Shown here piece by piece: positions 18,201-29,000 of a stretch of DNA of 64,000 nt. The position numbers and the translations under genes are program-made. A model generated the notes under the pieces. That model was not told where the DNA came from and searched no databases. It saw nothing but the letters and a program-made list of their open reading frames with translations. Position 1 is the stretch's first letter, and the number at the start of each line of letters is the position of its first letter. This stretch comes from Candidatus Woesearchaeota archaeon (GTDB lineage Archaea > Nanobdellota > Nanobdellia > Woesearchaeales > UBA11576): NCBI GenBank assembly GCA_043819495.1, contig JBDRET010000030.1, forward strand, positions 5,463 through 69,462, given 5' to 3'.

Positions 18201-21200
18201 CTGTGACTCCATTTACAGGGACATAATCATAGAGGTCTGCGTCGTACTGCCGGTTTGTCCCTGACCAGACGAACTTGACTACCTTGTCTGTGGATTTCAT
18301 GTATCCATCAAGATTGTAATCAAGATAGACTATCATAGATACCTGCCTGCTGCCGCTGTATGTCCTGTGATAGTAGAAGTACAGGTATGTAGGATCATAT
18401 GTGTATGTGAATACAGTCATATCCCGGTCACTCGTCTGGATGTCGTCAGGGTCGCCTGTCTGTTCTGTAAGGTCTGTCACGTAATTGTTCGGGTTTGCGA
18501 GTATCGCGTCCCAGTCGCTCATGTCTCCATCTATAGATATGCTCTTGAGGGTTGGCGCGAGGATATCTCCTGAACCTGTGGTTGATGCAGAGCAGGACGG
18601 GAACTGGGTATCCACTACAGATAATAGTGTCGAGCTGTTGCTCTTTCCTCCTCCTGTCTCGCTGAAGTATAATGTGTAGTTCCAGTCTCCTAGGAAGTAT
18701 ACGTTAGGACTCACTATCACTCGTGTGGATGGTCCTGACCATGGCTTGTTTATCTCGACAAGTGTCCCGTTCCTTGTCACGTTGTAGAATCCGCCGTTAC
18801 CTGTGAGGTTCCAGTAGAGCTGTGTTGCATTGCCAAGCTCAGTGATTGTATTTCCTGGTGGTGTTGAGTTGATTGGTGCTGCTGTTGAGTTTATTGTCAC
18901 ATTTTCAGTCATCAGATCTATTGTGGCGCCTGCACCTGCTGCAGTGTCAAGGCTCACTATGTAATCTCCGATCCTTGCAGGAGAATATATTGCTGACCCA
19001 CTGCAGGCCTGCACTGTCCAGTTGACAGGCATGTCAGTGTTCTGCGGATGTGCTGCAGGAACTGTCATCGTGCCTGATGTGCTGTTGTAGGTGCAGGGTG
19101 TTGCTGCAGCGCATGCTTGGGAGATATTTATCACGCGCATCACTGCTCCTGCATAGCATGTCGCGTTTATCTTCTTGCCATTGTTGGTTGCATTCAGCCC
19201 GACTACCCATGGGAGGGTCGGAGCACCACCATTCCCTATCCTGTACGTCGCGAGTATCTTTATGTTGCTTCCTTCTTTGACTGTTGTCATGTTTGCAGTG
19301 AATGCAGTGTCATCCAGGCTCCTCACTGCGTCATGTATGTAGTCGAACTCAAGATATGTGGGACTGGCCTCAGAATCTACAATCTTGAAGTCGAATTTGT
19401 TGGTATCTTGTGTTATGTTCCTGATCCTTATGTAATCCCATCCGCCAGTCTTGTCCAGAATTCCTGATACGCCAAGGATTGGAGCAGTGGTGCCTGCTTT
19501 GTATACTTCGATCCAGGTATTCTTACCTTTTGGATTCCTGTAATAGATATCTATTATGTTGCCATCAGTGAGATTCTGTTCAAAGGTCACCCTTACGTAC
19601 TCATCTTCGTTTATGCTCTCAGACCATATACTATCCAATGATCTTACATCAGCATACATATTGGATATCAGGGCATAGTTAGCATCAAGATGTTCTGCAT
19701 CGCTTATGTTGATCTCAGCAAACCCAGGATCATCAGGTGTGAGTGTAAACGTGTATTCTTCTCCGGGAATAATGTTTGTCTTGAACAGCTCCCATGTCCC
19801 ATCGCAGCTCTGTGCATCGAAGTCCCATTCTTTACATTTGTACAACTGGGTCCCAGTAGCAAGCACTGTTACTGTTGCAGTCGTGAAGTTCACTGAGGTA
19901 GGATCGATAGCATATACTTCTGCATAACCTGAAAGGTCCCCTGTCTCTTCGACATCATCTACCCTGACAAACTCAGTGGTATTGCCAAACACAGTCATAT
20001 CATCGAATTCTATCTTCTTGACCTTGAGTCCGGGTTCTGTGAAGTTTATCTTGACTTTATACTTGCCTTTGGCAAGATTTTCTTTCTTGACTTTATTCCC
20101 TGTACCTTTCTCCTCAAACTCAATAGATGATGCAAGCACCCTTCCTTTTGCATCCTTGACTTTCGTATCTACTGTGGTAGGAGTCTCTGCAATCCCTTGT
20201 GTCAGATCTTCAACAGCATACTTTATCTTGTTGACCTTGAGCAGTGTTCCTGTCTCTACCTCGAAACGTATTGTGTACTCTGTGCTGTTAATGCCTTTTG
20301 GCAGTGTGCAGGTCTGCACGCAGATATCTGAGAATTCTGCCTGAGGTGCTTCCTCAAAGTTGGCATCCAATGTCACAGTCTCGCTCTGCACTGAGTCGAA
20401 GTGCACGTCTCCTTCTTCAAGGCTCTGGTTCAGGTATATGACTTGCGCTGTGACCTCATTCTCTAGTGTGGTGCCGTACTGCTCATAGTATATGTAGAGT
20501 GAAGAGTCCCACGATGTCTCTGTGGGTGCAACGCCGGACAGGGCGCAACAGTCTGCTGCTCCATTGCATACTGTTGTCGCAATTCCTGTTGTTAAAGATG
20601 TTATCACCCATCTGGTGCAGAGTTTATCCTGATCCGCTTCCCAGTTGAATGATGTTTCATGGACAGTGAAGTCGACTGCATCTGCTCTTGTGTATGCAGT
20701 GCCGTCGTCATTCGCATCCCATCTTGTGCCTGATTGGTATGCGAGATCGATGTTGATCTGCTTTTCGCTGGCAGGTTCTTCTGGAATCTTTATTACTGGT
20801 TCTTGCTCTGTCTGATTTTCTTGTGTGATTTCTTCTACGGGGATTGCAGGCAGTCCCTCAGTGTCATTTCCGACACCAACAACCATTCCTGTTATTGTAT
20901 TGCTTGATGCCGTATCGATCCTTGAACTGTCAATTATGAGATATTCTTTTTCTTCTGTCACAAGGTATGCTCTTACCAGTCCATCACCCAAAAGCTCGCC
21001 GTCCAGTTTCATGCTTCTCAGGTTGAACTCTGCAGGGTATTCTTCCATCTCCCACTGCATCTCTGAATCTGATGCGATTATCCAGGACACTGATTGCTCG
21101 TGTGATGTCAGGTTCTCTTCGCCTAATATCTGCAGTCCTATGATTGAAAGTTTACCGGTGAGCGCAAGCGTCGCGAATATGATCATGACTACTATCACTG

Positions 21201-21261
21201 CCAGTACAGATACCAAACGTACCTTCCTGTTCTTTTCAATATCTTCTTTGGTTATCATCAT
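15250..21261 (-). CDS. giant surface protein (2003 aa) with N-terminal anchor, NEW3/CARDB-like and Ig-like repeats
   Basis: N-terminal TM LVSVLAVIVVMIIFATLALTG. Three repeats of the type ..STQGWN.....TD.DG..D..L......I.V.VP (nt ~16950-17900). Tandem Ig-like domains also occur in the 1194-aa protein. Sequon-dense. Confidence 0.9.
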   Translation of the reverse strand: MMITKEDIEKNRKVRLVSVLAVIVVMIIFATLALTGKLSIIGLQILGEENLTSHEQSVSWIIASDSEMQWEMEEYPAEFNLRSMKLDGELLGDGLVRAYLVTEEKEYLIIDSSRIDTASSNTITGMVVGVGNDTEGLPAIPVEEITQENQTEQEPVIKIPEEPASEKQINIDLAYQSGTRWDANDDGTAYTRADAVDFTVHETSFNWEADQDKLCTRWVITSLTTGIATTVCNGAADCCALSGVAPTETSWDSSLYIYYEQYGTTLENEVTAQVIYLNQSLEEGDVHFDSVQSETVTLDANFEEAPQAEFSDICVQTCTLPKGINSTEYTIRFEVETGTLLKVNKIKYAVEDLTQGIAETPTTVDTKVKDAKGRVLASSIEFEEKGTGNKVKKENLAKGKYKVKINFTEPGLKVKKIEFDDMTVFGNTTEFVRVDDVEETGDLSGYAEVYAIDPTSVNFTTATVTVLATGTQLYKCKEWDFDAQSCDGTWELFKTNIIPGEEYTFTLTPDDPGFAEINISDAEHLDANYALISNMYADVRSLDSIWSESINEDEYVRVTFEQNLTDGNIIDIYYRNPKGKNTWIEVYKAGTTAPILGVSGILDKTGGWDYIRIRNITQDTNKFDFKIVDSEASPTYLEFDYIHDAVRSLDDTAFTANMTTVKEGSNIKILATYRIGNGGAPTLPWVVGLNATNNGKKINATCYAGAVMRVINISQACAAATPCTYNSTSGTMTVPAAHPQNTDMPVNWTVQACSGSAIYSPARIGDYIVSLDTAAGAGATIDLMTENVTINSTAAPINSTPPGNTITELGNATQLYWNLTGNGGFYNVTRNGTLVEINKPWSGPSTRVIVSPNVYFLGDWNYTLYFSETGGGKSNSSTLLSVVDTQFPSCSASTTGSGDILAPTLKSISIDGDMSDWDAILANPNNYVTDLTEQTGDPDDIQTSDRDMTVFTYTYDPTYLYFYYHRTYSGSRQVSMIVYLDYNLDGYMKSTDKVVKFVWSGTNRQYDADLYDYVPVNGVTGDLMQGDGYDMPGAIANPRSLESNVLGGSVLGTELETRVKWSDMSFSSPGAINFKAAAGRGSATNLPSQLEDNVGDVLITESSYFTFTPGDQEKATKNGTTTYYTYDVRNCGNAPTTLDLLKTSTQGWNITFYYPYSSQTPLTDTSGSGYPDITLAGNQYTTLIIKVDVPSGAALGLRDIANISLNNSEQSSFVIATTIVSDIAITPSLRQSSGAQGMLMSYNFTVYNYQNIADTLEMTLSSNNSWPTAAYYANGTQLTDTDSDGRADTGYFLSGQSKDIIIRVTIPGSATAGMLDNTTIRINSSVTPTNNVVSQAVTQVKGRLIFTPLSYNRTVNSDTRQYFEFNITNNWNTTEYIEVNSTSTQGWNTSYVDFLRTPFTDHDGDGNADIVLPPYGGTATFYVKVLVPQDTQMGVSEITTFYVNSSTNTSLFFTAKINETPRGVALYNDSGRTNLQYIYEVDAPVYGRAFYLDGYTTVYMTWYDGFNFTRTSPDITVTGQGTADDWVQTNKTLGVYYWTVTVYNADDDSEITRNQFLVTDPVKPNLTAILPVPGSTVGTGGKIEVKANATDNVYINYVEANIAYPNGTNYTLYLEPAGGINYSNNFTAPNLLGRYNITYYAYDLFGHVNDTETSYFTVYDATPPSVFGLKPIGGSQYGYGATVEIAANVTDNIQVSTVIAQIQYPNGTLANFTLTPTIGAKYNTSFVTPSIPGAYQVRIFANDTSGNWNSTVTTSFTVNAPAPTYPTVNLNGPTNAYSTPNSTVTFNWTATSNQYGSMLCNLTVDGVVNASNVLTLNNTPTTRTISNFSETTHNWNVTCWGQTGYTTTSATRNFTVNIVTPTLLAFSVTLPGKGPVNASEGGNATAAMDFNVSLNTYYGMEACVQGTNDCQNSSTPFFNYLNTGNVNLTLNIKLDSALPPVFNLRANILYNNATASNVTTTPLLLATDIAPGGTLDTWFFGDFINAYPDNSTTRNLYTNGTQS

Positions 21262-21518
21262 CTCATCTCGCTTGTCATCTCACCTGTCATCTCTGATACT
21301 GCCTGCTCTGGGCTCTTGAGTGTGTACACTCTCTTTCTGCTGTCGTCGGGGTTGAGCTGTATATTCATCCACCCGTTCTTTTTCAGGAATGATATCACGA
21401 CGCTGGTGTTCTGCTCAAGAAGGAGGTCTGCTTGTGCGTGATCAAACTCATTCTGATTGAATCTAGTCCATAGAATCGCATACTTCTGCATTATCCACTT
21501 TGGTAGTGGTCTGGCCAT
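21258..21518 (-). CDS. small putative winged-helix DNA-binding protein
   Basis: 86 aa. Its stop overlaps the giant gene's start (ATGA). ...VVISFLKKNGWMNIQLNPDDSRKRVYTLKSPEQAV resembles a wHTH recognition helix plus wing. The assignment is tentative. Confidence 0.5.
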   Translation of the reverse strand: MARPLPKWIMQKYAILWTRFNQNEFDHAQADLLLEQNTSVVISFLKKNGWMNIQLNPDDSRKRVYTLKSPEQAVSEMTGEMTSEMR

Positions 21519-21540
21519 TAGCGGGTTGTGAAGTACCTTT

Positions 21541-21550
21541 CATATAAAAG
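21541..21550 (-). promoter_or_regulatory. TATA-box candidate (minus-strand CTTTTATATG) for the wHTH/giant operon
   Basis: 23-32 nt upstream of the ATG at 21518, which suggests a leaderless mRNA. Confidence 0.45.
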
Positions 21551-21555
21551 ATTAT

Positions 21556-21608
21556 CTATTTGCTAATTATTTTATTAATTTGCTAATTAGTTTAGCCATT
21601 TGATAATG
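21556..21608. promoter_or_regulatory. three phased operator-like repeats ATTTGCTAATTA (exactly 20-bp period)
   Basis: Identical 12-mers at 21558-21569 and 21578-21589, with a 9/12 copy at 21598-21608, immediately upstream of the TATA candidate. Confidence 0.45.
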
Positions 21609-21938
21609 TATTTGGGTGTGGGAAGAGTTTTCTGCGCGCGCGGATGCTTGCAAAGCACGTTCAAAGCGCATTTCGCATGACCTTTCAGATCATTTAAATA
21701 CAATTAAGAACTTTTTTTATTATAATTAAGAATATTAATAATTAGTTTTATTAATAAAACAAATTCTTATCAAGAAGTTTATTCAGTTCTCCTTGCAAAT
21801 CCTATCAAGTATTTTTAAAAGAACATAACATTTATATACCTTTAAATATTTAAGAAAAATAATTATTATAATTGTGGTTTGAATTGTGCTGGGTCTGTAT
21901 TCATTGTCCAGCAATAAAAAGGGACGTACGTGTAACAA

Positions 21939-23027
21939 GTGGAATTTACACTAAAAGCGGTGACACGGGAAACTTGCTATTCACAGCACGAGCTAGATTC
22001 TGCTATCAAGTCAGTAAAGGCAAAGAAGAACATCCTGATCCTTGCTCCTGACAAGTTCGGCAAGTCATCATTCCTTCTGAAACTATCTGAGAAGATTGAA
22101 GAGACTAAGCAATATCTCCCTATATTATTATCTGCGCAAGGGTGCATAACTCTCCAGGCATATATCAGGAAGAATCTGACAAAGATGCTCAAGGTCGTAC
22201 CTGAGCTGTTTGGTGCGGATCCTGAAGAGCTTTTTTCATTATCTCTCATCGATATCGATAAGAGGGTATCTGCACTCAATGCAGGTGATGCGGTCAAGCA
22301 GTCACTCAAGCTTCTCCTCATGTTTGAGCATGACTCTAAGATCGAGATTGAAGAGGTCGTGCGTACATTCTTCTCATTCCCTTCGCTGCTTGCAAAAGAT
22401 GCAAAGAAGACTGCGGTCATCATGATAGATGATGCAGAACGGCTGTCAGATATCAAGTCAGATAAGACATCGCTTGCCATGATCTTTGATATGTTTGACA
22501 CTATGGAAGATTCCGTATGGGTATTCACATCTTCACGCGCATTGCCGATCAAAGATATTGAAGAGCTCCGATTGAGCCCTTTATCTATAGATTCTGCCCG
22601 CCAGTTCTTCAAGGAGGGCAAGCTTGAGCTGGACGAAGCGACACTGAGCACCATACATAATATGACTGAAGGTGTCCCGTTCTATCTTAACTTCATGGCA
22701 AGATTGATTTCAGGTTCAGGCTCCGTTGATTCAGATGCAGTCAAGGCGATGCTTGATGATGTCCTTGGAAATGAACTGCACCTGTATTTTTCAGAGCGGA
22801 TAAAGCTGCTCAGCCCAAAAGAGCTCCCTATCCTTTTCTGCATGGCAGAGCATGATGTCAATACCCCTTCACGGATATCAAAGATACTCAACTATTCACA
22901 GACCAACGTACGCCGCTTCCTCTCAATAATGGAAGAGAAAGGTTTTGTCACATTGAAGGACCGCGGAGTGTTCGAGATAAACGATCCTATATTCAGGAGA
23001 TGGCTTGAGACGCAGGCTAAAAGGTAA
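21939..23027 (+). CDS. archaeal ATPase family protein (Arch_ATPase/DUF234-type AAA with C-terminal wHTH)
   Basis: 362 aa with a GTG start directly after an in-frame stop. Walker A-like APDKFGKSS, Walker B-like VIMIDDAE, and the C-terminus TNVRRFLSIMEEKGFVTLKDRGVFEINDPIFRRWL. Confidence 0.75.
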   Translation: MEFTLKAVTRETCYSQHELDSAIKSVKAKKNILILAPDKFGKSSFLLKLSEKIEETKQYLPILLSAQGCITLQAYIRKNLTKMLKVVPELFGADPEELFSLSLIDIDKRVSALNAGDAVKQSLKLLLMFEHDSKIEIEEVVRTFFSFPSLLAKDAKKTAVIMIDDAERLSDIKSDKTSLAMIFDMFDTMEDSVWVFTSSRALPIKDIEELRLSPLSIDSARQFFKEGKLELDEATLSTIHNMTEGVPFYLNFMARLISGSGSVDSDAVKAMLDDVLGNELHLYFSERIKLLSPKELPILFCMAEHDVNTPSRISKILNYSQTNVRRFLSIMEEKGFVTLKDRGVFEINDPIFRRWLETQAKR

Positions 23028-23036
23028 TCAAAAAAG

Positions 23037-26000
23037 ATGGTGAAACTGGAAAAGAGGTTGAATATTGTATTGTTCTGCTTAGCTATGCTGCTTTTCTCAT
23101 CTTCCGTCCACGCTGCAGGTCTTATCTTCGGCGGAGCGACAATACCATTGATTGATGGTGGATATACTATTCCTGAGAAGGCAGTACCGGGGGAAACACT
23201 ACAGCTGTTTATGCATATTGCTGATCCTGGCGGAGTTGATTCGGTGGTGGCGAACTTCACTCATGAGAAAGGTGGAGACATTGTCGCCCTTGAATTATAT
23301 AATGGCACATCCGATGATGGTTACTGGAAAGCAGAGTGGGTTGTGCATGACACTCTGGTGAAGGATTATTCTGTAGAAGTAATTGCAGACAATGGAGTGT
23401 TCCAATCATTTGAGACAGTCTGGTGGAGCGATCCCATATATCCTTTTAGGGCGCGTTATCCATCAGGATATACTTGTTCTTCCGGAACTTGGCGTCTTGG
23501 CATAAAGTTCTCAGTCACTGAGGCGGTGCAGGTAGAAAGTCTGTGCGGTTATTGGTCGAGCGGGGCGCATACAGTGTTCCTTCAGCAGGAAGGTAGCTAT
23601 GGTTCTAATCTTAGGAGTGCAAGCGTGACGAGCAGCGGAAGCTGGAGTTGTACTGCAATAACTCCAATAACTCTTAATCCTGGAATTAATTATTTTGTGG
23701 CCCAGAATGCCGCAGGGGGTTCATACTGTTACACCAACCATCCTGCGGGAAGCAAGTATGGTGTGAATTTTGCTCAAGGAGGGGTATACCAGTCAGGGGC
23801 AGGCACTTACTTCACTTCAGCGCCAACTCCTGATTCTGCTATGGCCTATGGTATGGTAGATATAGGTCTCACCTGCACCACTCCTTCTGCAGGAATGACT
23901 ATCAGCGCTGCAGGGATAACCCGTCTCTGCGGAGGAAATTACAATCTTAATGATGCTACTGGTGTGATCCGGATTGGCAATAATAATGTCAATATAATGT
24001 GTGGTGAGACGATCCTTACTGGTTCGGGCATAGTGAGTGGAAGGGCATTCTACAATCCAGGTTATGATGGGGTCACCATTGAGGGATGCACTACTTATGA
24101 ATATCTGACAGCATTCTATATGGGGCCCACAGTGACTGATGCAGTATTCAGGGACAATACGATATATAGGCCCAGTAATGGTTTCTACTCTACCAATGAC
24201 AATCACGCAAGGATAACTATTGAAAATAATGAGATATACACTGCCAATTACGGCTTCAGGGTGTACGTGGGTGGTGGTGACCTTGTGATACAGGACAATA
24301 GATTTTCCGCTACAGAATGCAATTACATCTACTACGGAGATAACCACAGGGTACTTAATAATAATTTCACGGATCTCAATGGCTCGTGCGGCGTACTATA
24401 CATGATTGGGTACAGTGGTACTAATTATAATACAGGTTCTGTGATAGAAAATAACAGGTTTTCAGGAGCCCCGGGCAATGTATTGTTTTACCTCTATTAT
24501 TACCTGGAGGATCTGGTGATATCTAATAATACGATTGATGTCTCGACCTCTTCTACTCTGTACATGTCGGGAAACTCTTATGCATATCCTAATAGGAATA
24601 TACTGGTAACCTATAACAATTTCATCGATGCAGGATATAGAGGGATAAATTTTGAAAACTATGTCAACTCGTCAACAATATCGTATAATAATATAAGCGG
24701 ACCTTTGTACTATGATGTCCGGATAGGTAGTACATCAGGAGGTAATGTGATATACGGTAACCGTTTCCTCAGCGCAGGCACCAACCTCGCAGAAGCGAGC
24801 AATTATAACAATCATTTCAATAGGACTGTCGGAGGGGTTGCGCAGGGCAATTACTGGGCTGATGTGATCCCGAGCAAGCTCAACATACAGGATGCCAACC
24901 TGGACCTATTCGGGGATTCAGGCAGTCAGTATCCATATAGGTACTCTAAAGGAGGGGATGTCAACAGTTACGTGATAGATTACGGTCCTATACTTGTTGA
25001 TTCAGATGGCGATGGCACGCCTGACAATGTTGATTGTGGGCCTAATGACCCTAACATTCGTGCACCAAGGGCTAACCTTACGATAACCAGCAACACGATA
25101 TTCTGTCCAGGGACGTATAGCCTGAATGATAGTAGTGGCGGGTCTGGGTTGATCAGATTCGGCGCGTCAGGGATAACTCTTACCTGCAATGGTACTGTGA
25201 TTATAGGGAATGGGTCTGGTTTGGGTATAAATGATTATGGCTATGATAACGTCATCATCCAGGGTTGTGATGTGCGGAACTATCAGTACGATCTGTTCTT
25301 TGGGAATGTGGTGACTGGTTCGACCGTCTTTAATAACACGTTAAGGGATGCCGTCTATGGCATTTATTTTGGGGCATTAGGAACTACCGGCAATATTGTA
25401 CGTAATAATACATTTACTGGTAACGATTATGGTGTGTACTTCGCATCCGGAGTCATAGGCAATGAGGTATATCATAATGAGTTCTTGAGCTCTAACACTG
25501 ATCATGCATACGCGGTCAGTTCAGGTAATGCATTCTATGAGGTCATCGGATTCAACCAGGGGAATTATTGGATAGACATCCCTCTCAGTAATCTCAACAT
25601 AACTGATTCTGACAGCAATGGTTGGGGCGACGGAGGTTCTGCTTATCCATACAGCGCAGCTAAGGGTGGTAATGTCGGTCCGAATGTTGCGGATTACGGT
25701 CCCATGATGCGTGATTATGATTCTGATGGCTCTCCGGATAGCGTGGACTGTGTCGATACTGATTCCAGCATATTGGCTCCTGCGGATGATGTAGTGATCA
25801 GCTATGATACTACTCTCTGCCCTGGCACATACTATGTGACTGATGTTGGTGCTGACGGAGTGTTGAAAGTTGTCAATGCAGATGTGCAGATACTCTGCAA
25901 TAACACGATATTGATAGGGGATTATTCAGGTATAGGTATTGCTTCTTCATCCCTTTCAGCAAGCATTGTAGGATGTGATATACGGAATTATTCAAAAGCG

Positions 26001-29000
26001 ATCAGTCAACAACAGGCGTATTGGAACATCACTTTTGACAATGGGATATCAGCTATTGACATAAGTCAGGAGGGGGCATTGTTATTGATTGACTCGTACT
26101 ACGGAGATGATATGAAGCTGAATGAGTTCGGGGAGACTATCTGGATACATGATAGTTACTTCTATACAGATATTGCAGCAGACTCTGCAGAAGATGTTTT
26201 TGTGCTGCAGGAAGGTGGAGAAGGTGATGCTGAGTTAAGGAAATTGGATGGCAGTACTGGTGATGAGATCTGGACTGTAGGACTATATTCATCCGGGACT
26301 GTTGTGGCACATGCCCTTGACGTCAACAGTGTGGGTGATGTATTTGTTGTAGGTATGGTCGGTTGGGATAATTGGACAATCTTCAAGATTGATGGGTCTA
26401 CTGGTGATGAGATATGGCAATCCGTGACTACTCTTAGTAATAGTGAATTGAACGCGGTTGCGGTCACTCTTGATGATGATGTTTTTGTAGGCGGGTTCCG
26501 CGTCGAAAACGATTGCTGGATTGCAAAATATGATGGAGACACAGGGGATGAGCTGTGGAACACGAGTGATATCGGTTGCGGAGGAGGATATGATCAGGTC
26601 ACTGATGTGGCAGTGGATACATCAAATGATCTGATTGCTGTGATTGTTGATTATAGTTCATATGGTTCATATTCTAACTGGCAGATCTGGAAAGGAGATT
26701 CTGATGGGAATGAGCAGTGGGTCGATCAGATCCCTTTTGACAATAGTATTGGTGATAATTATATCTGGGCTGTCGCGACAGACTCAGCAGATAACGTGAT
26801 TGTCGCAGGAGATAATAATGGCAATTGGACAGTAATTAAACTCAATCCTGCAGGGACTCCTCTGTGGAACAGGACTGGCGAGGGATATGGATCTGATGTG
26901 GCGGTCGATGCTGACGATAATATATTTGTGGTAGGAGAAGATTATGATTATTATGGTTTCGTTCTAGGATTCACTCCTGACGGAGACCTGCTCGGCGGCG
27001 GAAGCATTGATATCACCAGCTCTTCAATCAGCTCAGATATCGGGATGGAGCTTATAGGTGTTTCATCAGGCACGATATTCAACATGACGTTTAATGGAAA
27101 TTCAGTCTATGGATTGTACTTCAATGATACTGATGATTTCACTGTGATGAACTCTACATTTGCAAACTATGATTATGGCGTGTATCTTGATAGTGCTTCT
27201 ACGGGCAATACATTCTATCATAATAATTTCACAAATTCAGCGATAGCTCATGCATATGCTGAAGCGGCAGGCAACTATTTTAATTTCACGATAGGAGGAG
27301 TTCCAGTAGGTAATTTCTGGGATGATGTCGCCCCAAGTATGTTGGAGATATATGATACAAACATTGATGGTTTCGGAGATCTGGGGCCGGACTATCCCTA
27401 CAGCGCGGCAAATGGTGGGCAGGTAAGCAGCAATGTCGCGGATTATGGTCCTATGCTTACAGACTCTGACAGCGATACTGTTCCTGATTATCTTGACTGC
27501 GCGCCTTATGACTCGAGCATATTCCCTCCTTACGATGGACTTAAATTAACAAGCCCGGGAACGTACACTCTGTGTAATGGTACGTATTACTTGAGTGATG
27601 CAGGGAATGATGGTATCATTAGGGTAGTGTCTGATGCTGTGACCATAAAAGGTAATAACACGTTTATAGTCGGCACCAATTCAGGATACGCAATCAGGTC
27701 ATACGAAAAATATGCTGGCCTCACCATACAGGGATGCACGTTATCCAACTTCTCATATGGTATCTATCTGTATAATACATCTGCAGGAGCGTATTCAGTA
27801 TTCTGGGATGGCCTGACTATAAAGGATAACAACATATCTAACATGACTAGTGCTGGTATCTATGTGTCATATGGCATGAAAGATGCGCTGGTGTACAATA
27901 ATATTGTGGAGGAGACAGGGACATTTGGCATTAGACTAGTGAACATGGCAAATTACTTCTCTGATAATAATAATGTGACGGATAACGACGTGCGTACGGG
28001 ATCTGACTCAGGGATATATACTGATTGGGCAGGTGTATTGATAAAGGATAATGATGTGACTGGTGGAGGTTATGGCATTCAATGCAGGCATTGCATAAGG
28101 AGCAACATAAGCTACAATCGCGTAATCAATTCAGCACAGAAGGGCATCTTGATGTACTATGGGAATACGAGCGATCTGGATGTGACTCAGAGCGTAATCT
28201 CGTACAATAATGTATCTCATGGTGCGCATGGAGGTATAGGTATAAGGAACATACGTAACCTGACTGTTGCTTATAACTGGATATTGCACACAGATGGTAC
28301 GGGACAGCATGATGCAGGTATCTGGGACTATTCCGAATCAACTGATAGGAACAGGTACATAACCATACGGAATAATTACATCTTCAATTGTTCTAATCAT
28401 GCAATCCTTCATACCAACTTTGGGCATGGGTATATCACTGTCGCAAATAATACGATCGATGGGGGCTGGTCAGGATCCGCTCCACGTACTGCCAATGGGA
28501 TAATGTTCCAGGCGTCAGGCCTGAATTACAGCACATTTGAATGGAATAACATAACAAACATGAATGGTGTGGGGATATATCTTAACTATGATGCGAGTGG
28601 TAACATATTCAGGTACAATTATATCTATGTGAACAGGAGCTCTGCCACCTCAGTATATGTTTATAGTGATATAGACATAAAGAATAACACATTCTATAAT
28701 AATACGTTTAAGGGGGGTAGTGGTGGGGTGCAGTTCGGGACCAATTCCAACAATAATCTGGTATACTGGAATAATTTCTTGAACAATACCTGGCATGCGA
28801 GTTCTCCTGCCCTGACCAACCAGTTCAACACGACGGTTGGAGGAGTGCCGCAGGGAAATTTCTGGGATGACATAAACTCCAGCAGCCTGAAGATATTTGA
28901 CAGCAATCTTGACGGTTTCGGTGATTCTGGTGCAGAGTATCCGTACAACAGCACGAACAGAGGTGACGTGCAGAATAAAGTCAATGACTGGGGCCCGATC

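Noticed and set aside
21519-21938. AT-rich 420-bp intergenic region as a replication origin
   Set aside because: There are no ORB-like elements with G-strings and no adjacent orc1/cdc6 gene. The neighbouring ATPase is Arch_ATPase/DUF234-type, not Orc1.
21977-22654. 225-aa minus-strand ORF inside the Arch_ATPase gene; likewise 53728..54297 and 59658..60185
   Set aside because: They are Ser/Ala-rich shadows of well-supported plus-strand genes (Walker motifs, T2SS-E core, DUF814 core).
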